Part shown: piece after piece, positions 8,101-16,101 of the stretch
How the letters are laid out: every line of letters starts with the position of its first letter
Position numbering within the stretch: position 1 is the stretch's first letter
Notes under the pieces: model-generated
Databases searched by the model: none
What the model saw: only the letters and a program-made list of their open reading frames with translations
Told to the model about the DNA's origin: nothing
Origin: Leptospirales bacterium
Lineage (GTDB): Bacteria; Spirochaetota; Leptospiria; Turneriellales; JAOUFE01
Direction of reading: 5' to 3'
DNA length: 31,461 nucleotides
NCBI GenBank assembly: GCA_040326155.1
Contig: JBEQLE010000049.1
Location: 1-31,461 of the forward strand
Translations under genes and position numbers: made by a program

Positions 8101-10083
8101 CGTCTATCAACTCGCATTCCCGACGGCTTGGTTGCGTATTACCCGTTTGATGATGCGGCGTCAGGAACGGCGGTGGACTATTCGTCCTTTGTAAATAATG
8201 GGACCCTCGGGGGTGGCATGAGCGCGGCAGCGAATAGAACGTATGACCGCTTCGGTAAAGCTAATTCGGCTTATCGCTTTAACGGTGTCGGGAATTTCAT
8301 AACGGCGCGCGATAGTTTTTTACCGGTCGGCACTGCCCCCAGAACAATTTGCCACTGGGTAAGGGCCAGGGCATTAAATTCAGGTACAACTGTCGGGTAT
8401 GGTACCGGATCGGCGCCGAACGGTCGGGCCAATGGTTTTCAATTTACCAGTGCTGATGTTGGTTATACCACTTTTTCCTCTGACGTGTTTTTTGGCAAAC
8501 CCGTTCCATTATTCGAATGGTCGCACATTTGTGGAACTTATGATGGTACAAAAGCCGCCATCTATATGGACGGGAAGTTGGTTGTAGATCCCGTTGCCCC
8601 ACCCGTAGCGTGGGACACAACGTTGTCGGGTTTATTGCATATTGGGGAGAATGCAAACGGAGGCTCCGACTACTTTTCCGGCGACATCGACGAAATTCGC
8701 ATTTATGACCGTGTACTCTCCGATAAAGAGATTCTCTTTCTGGCAGACAAACCGTTTAACCCCACTGGCGGTCTGGTAGCTTGGTACCCTCTGGGTGGCG
8801 ATACAAAAGATTACAGCGGAAATGGAAACAATGGAACATTGAATGGAACCAGTATTCCCGCAACCGGACCGCACGGAGATACGGAGGGGGCGGCATATTT
8901 TGATGGAACCACCAATTATGTGGATGCCGGAGCAAATCCGGAGGCGGATGTACCCCATAGCATGTCGATTAGCGTCTGGATAAAACCCGATCAACTACCC
9001 GCACTTAATGGTATTATGGGTATTTTGGGTAAAAGTGATGGCACCGGCGGATATTTTCTAGAGTTATTCAAAGACGATGGCTTAGGGAGCACCTATTCCC
9101 CGGATTCTTTCCCCGTGCCAGGTACGAGGGTGTTTTATTCAGGTAACGCCGGAACAAATGCTTTAGCGCCGAGAGTAAATTTTCCGATCAATCAGTACAG
9201 TCACATTGCCGTGGTGCATGAGGGAACGAATGTAGAAATATTTGTCAATGGCAAAAGACGCGCCCTGACTACTACCGGTGGCAACATTGCGGTAAACACA
9301 GCTACGGCACCACTCTACCTTGGTCGCCGCCACGACGGCTCACCTTTTAAAGGCGCCATCTCTGACGTTCGTATTTATAATCGGCCACTCAGCGCTCTCG
9401 AAATTGCCAGACTCGCCACCCAGGTACCCGATTCACTGGCGGTCTATTATCCGTTGGACGAAGTTAATACCGTAGGTGCCCAAAAATTCACCCCCGATTT
9501 AGGTATTCATAACATTGACGGCCTGGTACTTGGCCCTGGTGCTGGTGTTCTGGCTGTTGACCGACATGTATTTTCCTCCAGCTCCATGAGATTTGACGGC
9601 ATTGATGATGTCGTGGATGCCCCAACGACGAATTATCTACCCATAGGAAATTCTCCTCGAACCTTTTGCGGGTGGTATAAGGCCGCAGGTACTCTTTCAA
9701 CAAATTTTATTGCTTCTTATGGCACGAATGGTGTAAATATGACTATGGGTTTAATTATTTACCCAACTGTCTATAATTTTTGGACATTGGACTACGCGAC
9801 TAATGTACAATTGGACACAAACCCCATTCCGGTTACTCTCGGTAAGTGGACAAATCTGTGCGGAACGTTTGATGGCAGTAATATGAAACTTTATCTCAAT
9901 GGCACTTGGGTTGCAACTAGATCGGGGGTAACATTGGCTACGGGCAATGGCCCTTTGAGAATAGGTCAGAGAATACCCACTCCTCCATGGTTTCCATTTA
10001 ATGGTGACCTGGATGACATTCGAGTATACAGCCGGGCTCTGAGCGCAGGCGAACTTCTCGCCATTTCCGGTATTTACCCCTAG
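5149..10083 (+). CDS. Giant putative lipoprotein: signal peptide, Calx-beta/Ig-like repeats, NHL beta-propeller, 4 LamG/ConA-like domains
   Basis: Within ORF 5095..10083. The ATG at 5149 gives MKFIRTLWFCILLSGMQC, a signal peptide with a lipobox-like Cys. Two repeats like 'TEG..F.ITL...P..DV.V.L..SD..E' follow, then NHL repeats and four LamG units ending in D.RIY.R.L. Confidence 0.85.
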   Translation: MKFIRTLWFCILLSGMQCSAANMMKTIFKGDGSLIFSETELHITEGALAGNFNITLAAKPTHDVSVSLAVSDDSEIIIAPENITFSTDDYNIPRVVIVYGLADCTTDGDQNVTITTTEVTSKDRRFRSSENSYLLVNEVAVTVRDNALNVPELFLLSDKTTLETSESGGNDKFLVSLSCAPVANVTVNLASSNIAEGILDTATVNLDSSNYATGQLVTVTGQSDCTLEADQAYSVSASIALAGLSDPVNDVVFDGLADSIGVTNQNIEMTKQLMISSAGTQVNRGSGSFNNFQAKLSCAPVADFTMNAVVNSLPNGFTLHSPAPNPHTFLLADWAKPVDIINEVTSDFDGAYSITLTPADVSYPAETVYFVDSPTKRVTITTAGLTPGESYEIQNFTDKKEIASLGSSIWWAVNGDPYSFKISRQPNGQVCSIITANVPDLPHGTLTGIMDLNVDCKTGYQVNNQVLLSDPSAKDNFPVGMLYTTMLSSTTYTNPTGMAIVGNTMYVVDWPGNLYSVPLAGGAPSPIAISGGALNNPSGLVTDGQYVYVSDRGNHRIVKILVNTTPTAPRVTGELTVVAGTGVSGTPVDTADPLLARFNQPEGLVLKDDYLYVADRLNHSIQRVHLPTGAVILFADMGTTCEQPVGLASNDTYLFAACFGSNNIAKVHLTSQAVSNVAGLPGVGNSGVVDGVGNSARMTSPTGLVYMGNTLVFSEWNSGYLRRINISNVNSPVVKTALGHGVVAATVAPADFSLVQFNNAQMLATDGESIYYSDFNNNNILKMTQGLAAHYKLAGDFNDSSGNGNDGNLIGTPTTGVDDPHGGTNAVSGFSLADYIKVTDSPSLNPASLSVSVWLNPTSLPGPGVINVILGNNSTIPGYFLELYNDGANQRIYWRAGGTPFSVPIILPTNQYSHISITHNGPSQTATLYINGIFITSAGSRAVVPQGLNYDLLIGRRSDGSPAFDGAISDLRIYNRALTATEVNRLSTRIPDGLVAYYPFDDAASGTAVDYSSFVNNGTLGGGMSAAANRTYDRFGKANSAYRFNGVGNFITARDSFLPVGTAPRTICHWVRARALNSGTTVGYGTGSAPNGRANGFQFTSADVGYTTFSSDVFFGKPVPLFEWSHICGTYDGTKAAIYMDGKLVVDPVAPPVAWDTTLSGLLHIGENANGGSDYFSGDIDEIRIYDRVLSDKEILFLADKPFNPTGGLVAWYPLGGDTKDYSGNGNNGTLNGTSIPATGPHGDTEGAAYFDGTTNYVDAGANPEADVPHSMSISVWIKPDQLPALNGIMGILGKSDGTGGYFLELFKDDGLGSTYSPDSFPVPGTRVFYSGNAGTNALAPRVNFPINQYSHIAVVHEGTNVEIFVNGKRRALTTTGGNIAVNTATAPLYLGRRHDGSPFKGAISDVRIYNRPLSALEIARLATQVPDSLAVYYPLDEVNTVGAQKFTPDLGIHNIDGLVLGPGAGVLAVDRHVFSSSSMRFDGIDDVVDAPTTNYLPIGNSPRTFCGWYKAAGTLSTNFIASYGTNGVNMTMGLIIYPTVYNFWTLDYATNVQLDTNPIPVTLGKWTNLCGTFDGSNMKLYLNGTWVATRSGVTLATGNGPLRIGQRIPTPPWFPFNGDLDDIRVYSRALSAGELLAISGIYP
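5992..6440 (+). repeat. Paralogous direct repeat, copy 2 (matches ~2-444)
   Basis: Same alignment as copy 1. Confidence 0.9.
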
Positions 10084-10124
10084 CAGGTAAAAAGAGGTTT
10101 TTTCGTAAGAAATTTTTACGGCGA

Positions 10125-10520
10125 AAAGGAAAAGTGAGTATTTTTGTCCGCGCGGTCCATCGCCTTTTCCCTGACTCCGGCCGCTTCGCGTCCTACATCA
10201 CCCAATACGATATTTTTGGAGCGTCGAAGTGAGGTAATCCACACAAGATGTTGCCACCTTGTATGGATTACCTTGATTAAGCCGCACAACGGCTATAAAG
10301 GAAGTGACGGTTTAGACCCGGCTGCATGGTAGTACCATTTTCAGATAAAAACCCCACAGTGTAGTGCGGTCGCATTCCGCACGAAGAACATCTTTCGGTA
10401 CTCCCTTTACAATACGAAAAATTCCACGATCTGCCTCGGCCTGATTTTTTTGAAATTTTATTGTTTCACAATTCTCCCGGTTTTTACTAGTTGCTTCGTT
10501 CGATCATCTTTTGAAGTTTA
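10125..10520. repeat. Structured intergenic element, copy 2, with a ~250-bp insert
   Basis: Blocks A (10125-10172), B (10193-10226) and C (10478-10520) match copy 1. The insert between B and C contains a 16-bp stem with one mismatch (10232-10273). Confidence 0.8.
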
Positions 10521-10545
10521 TTTCGAAAAAAAGCGAAATTATTTT

Positions 10546-10574
10546 TTGCCATATTGACGGTTTATTATTACTTT
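10546..10574 (+). promoter_or_regulatory. Putative sigma70 promoter of vapBC (leaderless)
   Basis: TTGCCA (10546-10551), N17, TACTTT (10569-10574). The ATG lies 6 nt downstream and there is no Shine-Dalgarno. Confidence 0.55.
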
Positions 10575-10580
10575 ATAACT

Positions 10581-10820
10581 ATGAAAACCACTCTTTACTT
10601 AGAGCAAGCTCTTTTAAAAAAAGTAAAGGCTGACGCTGTACGTGACGGGGTGACTTTAACGGCATATACTGAGATGGCGCTTCGCGAAACCCTTGCTCGA
10701 AAAAAATCTTCGCATAAACATGTATCAAGAGAGTTGCCTGTTTTCGAAGGCGACGGGTTTTTGCCCGGCGTCGATATTTCCGACTCCTCCTCCCTGCTTG
10801 ACATAATGGAAGGCCAGTAG
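10581..10820 (+). CDS. vapB: Type II antitoxin, VapB-like (ribbon-helix-helix N-terminus)
   Basis: ATG at 10581: MKTTLYLEQALLKKVKADA..TLTAYTEMALRE..LPVF.GDGFLPGVDISDSSSLLDIM. Lies directly upstream of a PIN toxin. Confidence 0.85.
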   Translation: MKTTLYLEQALLKKVKADAVRDGVTLTAYTEMALRETLARKKSSHKHVSRELPVFEGDGFLPGVDISDSSSLLDIMEGQ

Positions 10821-10830
10821 TCTCCCGATT

Positions 10831-11271
10831 ATGATTTTTTGCGACGTAAATATATTGGTGTATGCACACCGCGCCGATTCTCCTGACCATGCTTTTTATA
10901 AAAAATGGTTGTTGAATGTAATAAATTCCAGAACGAGTTTTGCTGTAAACGATACTATTTTCAGCGGTTTTTTACGTATCATCACACACCGAAAAATATT
11001 CAAAACACCATCGACTTTTGAACATGGCGAGCAGTTTGTAAAAGTGTTACGAGAACACCCCAATGCCATGCCGATTATTCCGGACGATGACCACTGGTTC
11101 ATTTTTACCGAGTTGTGTAAAAAATACCAGTGCAGTGGTAACCTCGTGCCGGACGCTTATATTGCCGCTCTGGCGATGGGGTCGGGTTGCACTTTAGCCA
11201 CAGCCGATCGCGATTTTGACCGTTTTAAAAAACTAAAAGTAGTTCATCCATTTGATGAGCGAGACTTTTGA
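10831..11271 (+). CDS. vapC: PIN-domain ribonuclease toxin VapC
   Basis: MIFCDVNILVYAHR...GNLVPDAYIAALA...LATADRDFDRF are PIN motifs resembling the mycobacterial-type VapC family. Confidence 0.93.
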   Translation: MIFCDVNILVYAHRADSPDHAFYKKWLLNVINSRTSFAVNDTIFSGFLRIITHRKIFKTPSTFEHGEQFVKVLREHPNAMPIIPDDDHWFIFTELCKKYQCSGNLVPDAYIAALAMGSGCTLATADRDFDRFKKLKVVHPFDERDF

Positions 11272-11316
11272 CCAAAATCGTAAAAATATCCAGAAACAAA
11301 GGTTAATAAAACTAAG

Positions 11317-12114
11317 TTATAAATAGAAGACGGTTGTGTTTACTGCGACATGTAAAAGGATGGGGTACAATAGTGAACAGCTTATCCAGCGAATGGCTCC
11401 TAAAATTAGACCGGCGCTGAAGTACAATATGAATGCATTTGTCATGTCCCCCAAACCATAACTCATGGAGAGATGAACAATGCTGAATAGAAACGCGGTG
11501 ATTAATATTATTGCGAAATCACTTTTGGTGAAATCTTTAAATACTTTAAATAGAACGTCGCGGAAAAATATCTCTTCAAACAAAGGAGCCAGTATTACAG
11601 CTTGAATTAGCAGCATTTTGTTATCGGAGATACTGGGAGCGCCTGCGGTATAAAGACCGAGCGGAATTAGTATTACCGGATATGCTAAAACGGTAAGGGC
11701 AAAATGACGTATCTGAAAAGGGAAGGGGAAAAAACGCAGACGCAAATATGCATTTGACTCTTTTTGCAAAAATATGAAACCACCGATACCGTATAGCAAA
11801 GCGCCGCCGGCGGAATAGAAAGATTCGAAAAACAGGGCGAACGAGATATACACGAGATGAAAAAACAAATGAAGAAAACTTAAAATATCCTTAAAAGAAA
11901 TATTCTTTTTCGTCCCGACTTTTAAAATTGTATTTGAGATATGGGAAAATATTCCCGGTGAATCGTCTAACTTGCGAGCTGATAACAATCGACCCAGGTC
12001 TTCGGTTGTTAAAAACTCTGAAAGTTTTTTACGTAAGTTTTCAGGTAACGAAAAATAGAGTAGGGAAGCCATCTTTACGCCTGAAAAAGGGGATTGTACA
12101 ACCTGTTTTTTCAT
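11317..12114 (-). CDS. CPBP (Abi/CAAX) family intramembrane metalloprotease
   Basis: Motifs FEEIFFR, FSIVH and HVAVN, with multiple TM helices. Overlaps the mgtE stop by 4 nt. Confidence 0.85.
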   Translation of the reverse strand: MKKQVVQSPFSGVKMASLLYFSLPENLRKKLSEFLTTEDLGRLLSARKLDDSPGIFSHISNTILKVGTKKNISFKDILSFLHLFFHLVYISFALFFESFYSAGGALLYGIGGFIFLQKESNAYLRLRFFPFPFQIRHFALTVLAYPVILIPLGLYTAGAPSISDNKMLLIQAVILAPLFEEIFFRDVLFKVFKDFTKSDFAIILITAFLFSIVHLSMSYGLGDMTNAFILYFSAGLILGAIRWISCSLLYPILLHVAVNTTVFYL

Positions 12115-13493
12115 AAAAATATTTCAGAAGCTAGAGCGAGAAAAATAAAAAATCCCATAATATCGGTTGATGCAGCGACTAGAATGGAAGACCCGTAGGC
12201 AGGGTCCATTTTAAAAAATTTCAATAACAGAGGAATCGCCGCTCCCATAATAGTTGCAAAAACCATGTTTAGCAATAAAGCAATGGCTACGATCATCCCC
12301 AGCAAATAGTTATTATACAATAAATGGGCGACAATACTGATTAAACTGCCTACCAGAATAGCCCCTAAAATAACAGCCGTTACGTCGCGAAAAAGAACCC
12401 AGCGAATTTGAACCCAGTGCAACTTCCCAAGGGCAAGACCGCGAACGACCATCGCAACCATCTGGTTACCTGTGGCTCCCCCAAGGGCGGCGACCATTGG
12501 CATAAACATGGCAAGAACTACAAACTCTTGTATAAGCCCCTGGTATAAACCAATGACAAGAGCCGAAATCGTTGTTGTGGCAATGTTAATAAACATCCAG
12601 GGCAAACGATGTCGTAGAGAGAGTAATATACCATTCGAAAATTTTTCCTTTTTGTTTAGACCAAACATGCGGTATACATCTTCGGAAGCTTCTTCTTCTA
12701 GAACATCCACGATATCATCAATGGTAATACGTCCGAGCAAAATGTTGTCTTCATTCACTACGGGCGCGCTAATTAAATCGTAGTCACGAAAAAGTTTTGC
12801 AACCTCTTCCTGGTCAGTTTCAGGCCTGACAAGAACCGGCAAAGGCTTCATGATATCTTTGGCAAGTTTACCTGGTTTTTCGATAATGAGTTTTCTGAGC
12901 GGAATATAACCGACTAAATGTGTTTTTTCGTTTACTATATAAATAAAATGCAGATCTTCAAATTGATTTTTTTGGGACTCTTTACGAAATTGTTTGATTA
13001 TTGTTTCTACAGAAGCCTTTTGAGAAACGGCAATAAAATCGGATGTCATTAAAGCCCCGGCGGTCTCTTCCGGGTAGTGCAATAGTTCTTTTATTTTTTT
13101 TGAATATTCCGCATCAAAACGGCGAATAATAAAATCGGCCTCCCAATCAGAGAGGGTTTTCAGAATATCAACGGAATCATCAGGATCGAGTTCTTCCAGA
13201 CGATCAACAATCCACTCCGTATCCTGGGTTCGAAGAATGGCGGCGCTGAGTTTTGGGTCGAGTTCGGCTAAGAAAGCGGCACTGTCTTCTTCTTTTAAAT
13301 TATTTAATATCTGGGACTTTTCAACCGTAGAGAAATAATTCCAGATATGAGTCAAATCGGAAGCGTGTAATTTTCCAAGCAACTGACTCAGCCACTCAGA
13401 TTTTCTGCGTAGAATAAGTTTTTTTATCGTTCGAACAACCTGTTCACGATTTTTCTCAGTTATGAGAATAAAATGTTGAACGGTTTCAGCCAT
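12111..13493 (-). CDS. mgtE: Magnesium transporter MgtE
   Basis: MgtE_N, CBS pair (YPEETAGALMT, LLGRITIDDIVDV), RLPW, ALGGATGNQ, DPAYGS..TDIMGF. Confidence 0.96.
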   Translation of the reverse strand: MAETVQHFILITEKNREQVVRTIKKLILRRKSEWLSQLLGKLHASDLTHIWNYFSTVEKSQILNNLKEEDSAAFLAELDPKLSAAILRTQDTEWIVDRLEELDPDDSVDILKTLSDWEADFIIRRFDAEYSKKIKELLHYPEETAGALMTSDFIAVSQKASVETIIKQFRKESQKNQFEDLHFIYIVNEKTHLVGYIPLRKLIIEKPGKLAKDIMKPLPVLVRPETDQEEVAKLFRDYDLISAPVVNEDNILLGRITIDDIVDVLEEEASEDVYRMFGLNKKEKFSNGILLSLRHRLPWMFINIATTTISALVIGLYQGLIQEFVVLAMFMPMVAALGGATGNQMVAMVVRGLALGKLHWVQIRWVLFRDVTAVILGAILVGSLISIVAHLLYNNYLLGMIVAIALLLNMVFATIMGAAIPLLLKFFKMDPAYGSSILVAASTDIMGFFIFLALASEIFL

Positions 13494-13503
13494 ACGACAA
13501 TAT

Positions 13504-14211
13504 TCAGGATTTATTCCCTATGACCATCTTTTTTAAAAACGATTTTCTATGGTGAATCGACATGCCCGAGCTCGCTAAAGCTTCGCGATGTTTTAGCGTT
13601 CCATAACCGGCATTCGACGCAAGATTATATTCAGGAAACTTCTCGGAAGCCTTGGCAATCATGGCGTCTCTTTCGACTTTGGCCACAATAGAAGCGCAAC
13701 CAATAGAGAACAATCGATCATCACCGCCAATAATGGTATGAATGGGTGGCATTGCAGAAGACATTCCCAGCATAGGGTATTGAAAACGATAATTTCCATC
13801 CAGAAGAATAAAAGCCGGGTCGTCCCCAGAAGGATGTTTTAATTTTAAAGATTGAACAGCCCGGTACAAAGCATATTGAATAGCCCGGTTTATATTGTAT
13901 TTATCGATGTATCCGACGGAAACATGAGAAACTCGTATGGAAAAATTACTAATGATTTTCTCTGAAAGATAGTTTCGTTTTTTTGCGGAAAGTTTTTTCG
14001 AATCGCGAATTTCGCTGTGCCATTCATGGAATGGAGGTGTTTTGTATTCTGGGCCTTCGTTAAAATAGGAAAAAGGCACTGAAATGGCCCCAACACTGAC
14101 GGGTCCGAAAAGACTTCCACGGCCAACTTCATCGGCCGCAATAAAGTAGCCGGACGATTCTTCAGCAGAGAATTTTCGAATATAGTCCCATTCAAGGGGC
14201 TCCATTGTCAT
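13504..14211 (-). CDS. rnhB: Ribonuclease HII
   Basis: DEVGRGSLFGPV, DSKKL, LDG, ASIVAKVERD, GYGTLKH, HRKSF. Follows rplS, as is common. Confidence 0.95.
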   Translation of the reverse strand: MTMEPLEWDYIRKFSAEESSGYFIAADEVGRGSLFGPVSVGAISVPFSYFNEGPEYKTPPFHEWHSEIRDSKKLSAKKRNYLSEKIISNFSIRVSHVSVGYIDKYNINRAIQYALYRAVQSLKLKHPSGDDPAFILLDGNYRFQYPMLGMSSAMPPIHTIIGGDDRLFSIGCASIVAKVERDAMIAKASEKFPEYNLASNAGYGTLKHREALASSGMSIHHRKSFLKKMVIGNKS

Positions 14212-14222
14212 CCCCCGGAGAT

Positions 14223-14726
14223 TTATTTTTTGGTTTCTTTTGTTGTGGGAGCTTCAGCAGCTTCGGGAGTTGCCTGAGCTTCTGCGTTTGCTTCTTCTGC
14301 AGGGGCTGCGGCAGCAGCGGCTTTTTTAGTTTCAGCTTTAATTTCTTCAGCTTTTGCAAAAACCTTGTCTACAGGAGGTTCGCTTTTAACTTCTTTTAAA
14401 CGACCACCTTTACCGATTTTGTCGCGTAAAAAATAAAGTTTCGATCTACGAACTTTACTACTTCTCATTTTTTCGATTTTTTCGACAGTTGGTGCATAAA
14501 TAGGAAAAACTCTTTCTACACCCACATCAAAGCTGATGCGACGAACTACGATTGATTTACCAACCCCACGATTGCGAATTGCAATAACAGTACCTTCATA
14601 AACCTGAATTCTCTCTTTACTGCCTTCTTTGATTTTGTAATGAACCTTTACAGTATCCCCTACTTCAAAGTCTAATTTACGATTAATTTGTTCTAAATGT
14701 AATTTATCTAATAATGGCTGAATCAT
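14223..14726 (-). CDS. rplS: 50S ribosomal protein L19 with Ala/Glu/Lys-rich C-terminal extension
   Basis: FEVGDTVKVHYKIKEGSKERIQVYEGTVIA...GVERVFP...KVRRSKLYFLR. The likely start is the ATG at 14726 (MIQPLL). Confidence 0.96.
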   Translation of the reverse strand: MIQPLLDKLHLEQINRKLDFEVGDTVKVHYKIKEGSKERIQVYEGTVIAIRNRGVGKSIVVRRISFDVGVERVFPIYAPTVEKIEKMRSSKVRRSKLYFLRDKIGKGGRLKEVKSEPPVDKVFAKAEEIKAETKKAAAAAAPAEEANAEAQATPEAAEAPTTKETKK

Positions 14727-14819
14727 GGTTTTGCTCCCGGAAAAAATATCAAAACTAAGATAATTCAGGGAGATATGTTGAAAAGCTTTTTTTAGTGGTT
14801 TTTTGATAGCGAAAAAATA

Positions 14820-14868
14820 CAACCTCTGGTACCTTTTTGCTCCTTATGGTATCAAGGTACTGAGGTTG
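14820..14868. promoter_or_regulatory. Imperfect inverted repeat upstream of rplS (terminator or leader hairpin)
   Basis: caacctc-tg-gtacctt ... aaggtac-t-gaggttg forms two 7-bp stems. Confidence 0.4.
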
Positions 14869-14881
14869 CAACATCAATCTA

Positions 14882-15505
14882 TTATACTGCTAAATGTTTT
14901 CCAAGTTTTGCTGATATACTTAATGCGCCAGATACGCTTGCCAATGGATCATCCGTAGACATGAAATTTTCCTTTGACCAATATCCTGTCTCGATTTCAT
15001 CAGTGCGTACAACAATTTTTTCAAGGCTACAATATGGGAAGGCTGCTTTAATATCTGTTTTCAGAGTGTCTGGCATCGCAGTCCAGGCAGCAACCCCTGC
15101 ATCGATATCTTCCTGATCGGAATCTTCCAGATAAATACCGCCATCTAAAACTTTTCTGATTTCGTCGTCATCGCCCCAATCATCGTCCTCGTCTGCTTCT
15201 TTCTCTTTTGCATCCAAACTATAATTTAAACAAAAATATGCGCTGGCAGCAACCTTAGTATAAATTTCCATTGCAAAGTCATCTAGATCTACCTCAATTT
15301 TTACAGGTAAATCATCAAGCTTTCCTCGCAACTCAACTTTATCATCTTCGTCTTCATCGAATTTTATTTTAAAACTATCTAAAGATTCACCTACATCTTC
15401 TAAAAATTCTTTGGCAACCACCAGTTTTTCTTCATTTTCTAAATCACTCCAGGCATCAGAGTCTTCATCTGCATATGGTTCAAATTTTTCCTTCCATTTC
15501 GACAT
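14882..15505 (-). CDS. Hypothetical, very acidic protein
   Basis: 207-aa ORF with RBS AAGGAG and a strong Asp/Glu excess. No family recognised. Confidence 0.8.
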   Translation of the reverse strand: MSKWKEKFEPYADEDSDAWSDLENEEKLVVAKEFLEDVGESLDSFKIKFDEDEDDKVELRGKLDDLPVKIEVDLDDFAMEIYTKVAASAYFCLNYSLDAKEKEADEDDDWGDDDEIRKVLDGGIYLEDSDQEDIDAGVAAWTAMPDTLKTDIKAAFPYCSLEKIVVRTDEIETGYWSKENFMSTDDPLASVSGALSISAKLGKHLAV

Positions 15506-15624
15506 AACATTCTCCTTTCATCAATATTTGTATGCACCCATTTATATAATTTCAAAAGCATTGTAAAGAATTTTAAAACCCAAGAATTGGAAAGTTTGAA
15601 AGGTACGAGGCAATATATTAAAAA

Positions 15625-15960
15625 CTATTTAAATTCAGGGCGGTTCTCAATGAACTCTTTTACTTCATTTTGCATCTTCTTCCAAGAGACAAAATAAAGA
15701 ATTAACATGGGAATCAATCCCATAAGAAAAATTCTAACAAATACAGAGGGAGCCAATCCCATGCATCGGATAGTCGTTTTTTCAGGCTTCACTTTTATTA
15801 TTACTGCTACACCTGTCCAAGCGCTTTTTTTGATTATAAATTCTGTATGAAGTGCGTGCGTCATATAAAATTCATATTTACCGGGAAAGTACATCTTAAA
15901 AATTTCCATAGTGCTTTGCACAGTTATATCCAGTTTTTTGTTAATAATTATTTTTGGCAT
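15625..15960 (-). CDS. Hypothetical membrane protein
   Basis: 111-aa AT-rich ORF with one C-terminal hydrophobic segment. Confidence 0.65.
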   Translation of the reverse strand: MPKIIINKKLDITVQSTMEIFKMYFPGKYEFYMTHALHTEFIIKKSAWTGVAVIIKVKPEKTTIRCMGLAPSVFVRIFLMGLIPMLILYFVSWKKMQNEVKEFIENRPEFK

Positions 15961-16049
15961 TGTATTATTTATTATTGCAATTAATCTAAGTCGTCAATCT
16001 GTTTTTAAAGTGGTCCCGTCCAAAAAGTTAGTATTTACTAACTTTTTGT

Positions 16050-16077
16050 TTGACAAGATATACATGTATTACAGAAT
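16050..16077 (+). promoter_or_regulatory. Putative promoter with a palindromic spacer site
   Basis: TTGACA (16050-16055), N16, CAGAAT. Perfect palindrome ATACATGTAT at 16060-16069. Confidence 0.4.
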
Positions 16078-16101
16078 GCTAATATACAAAGGCAGGAAAA
16101 C

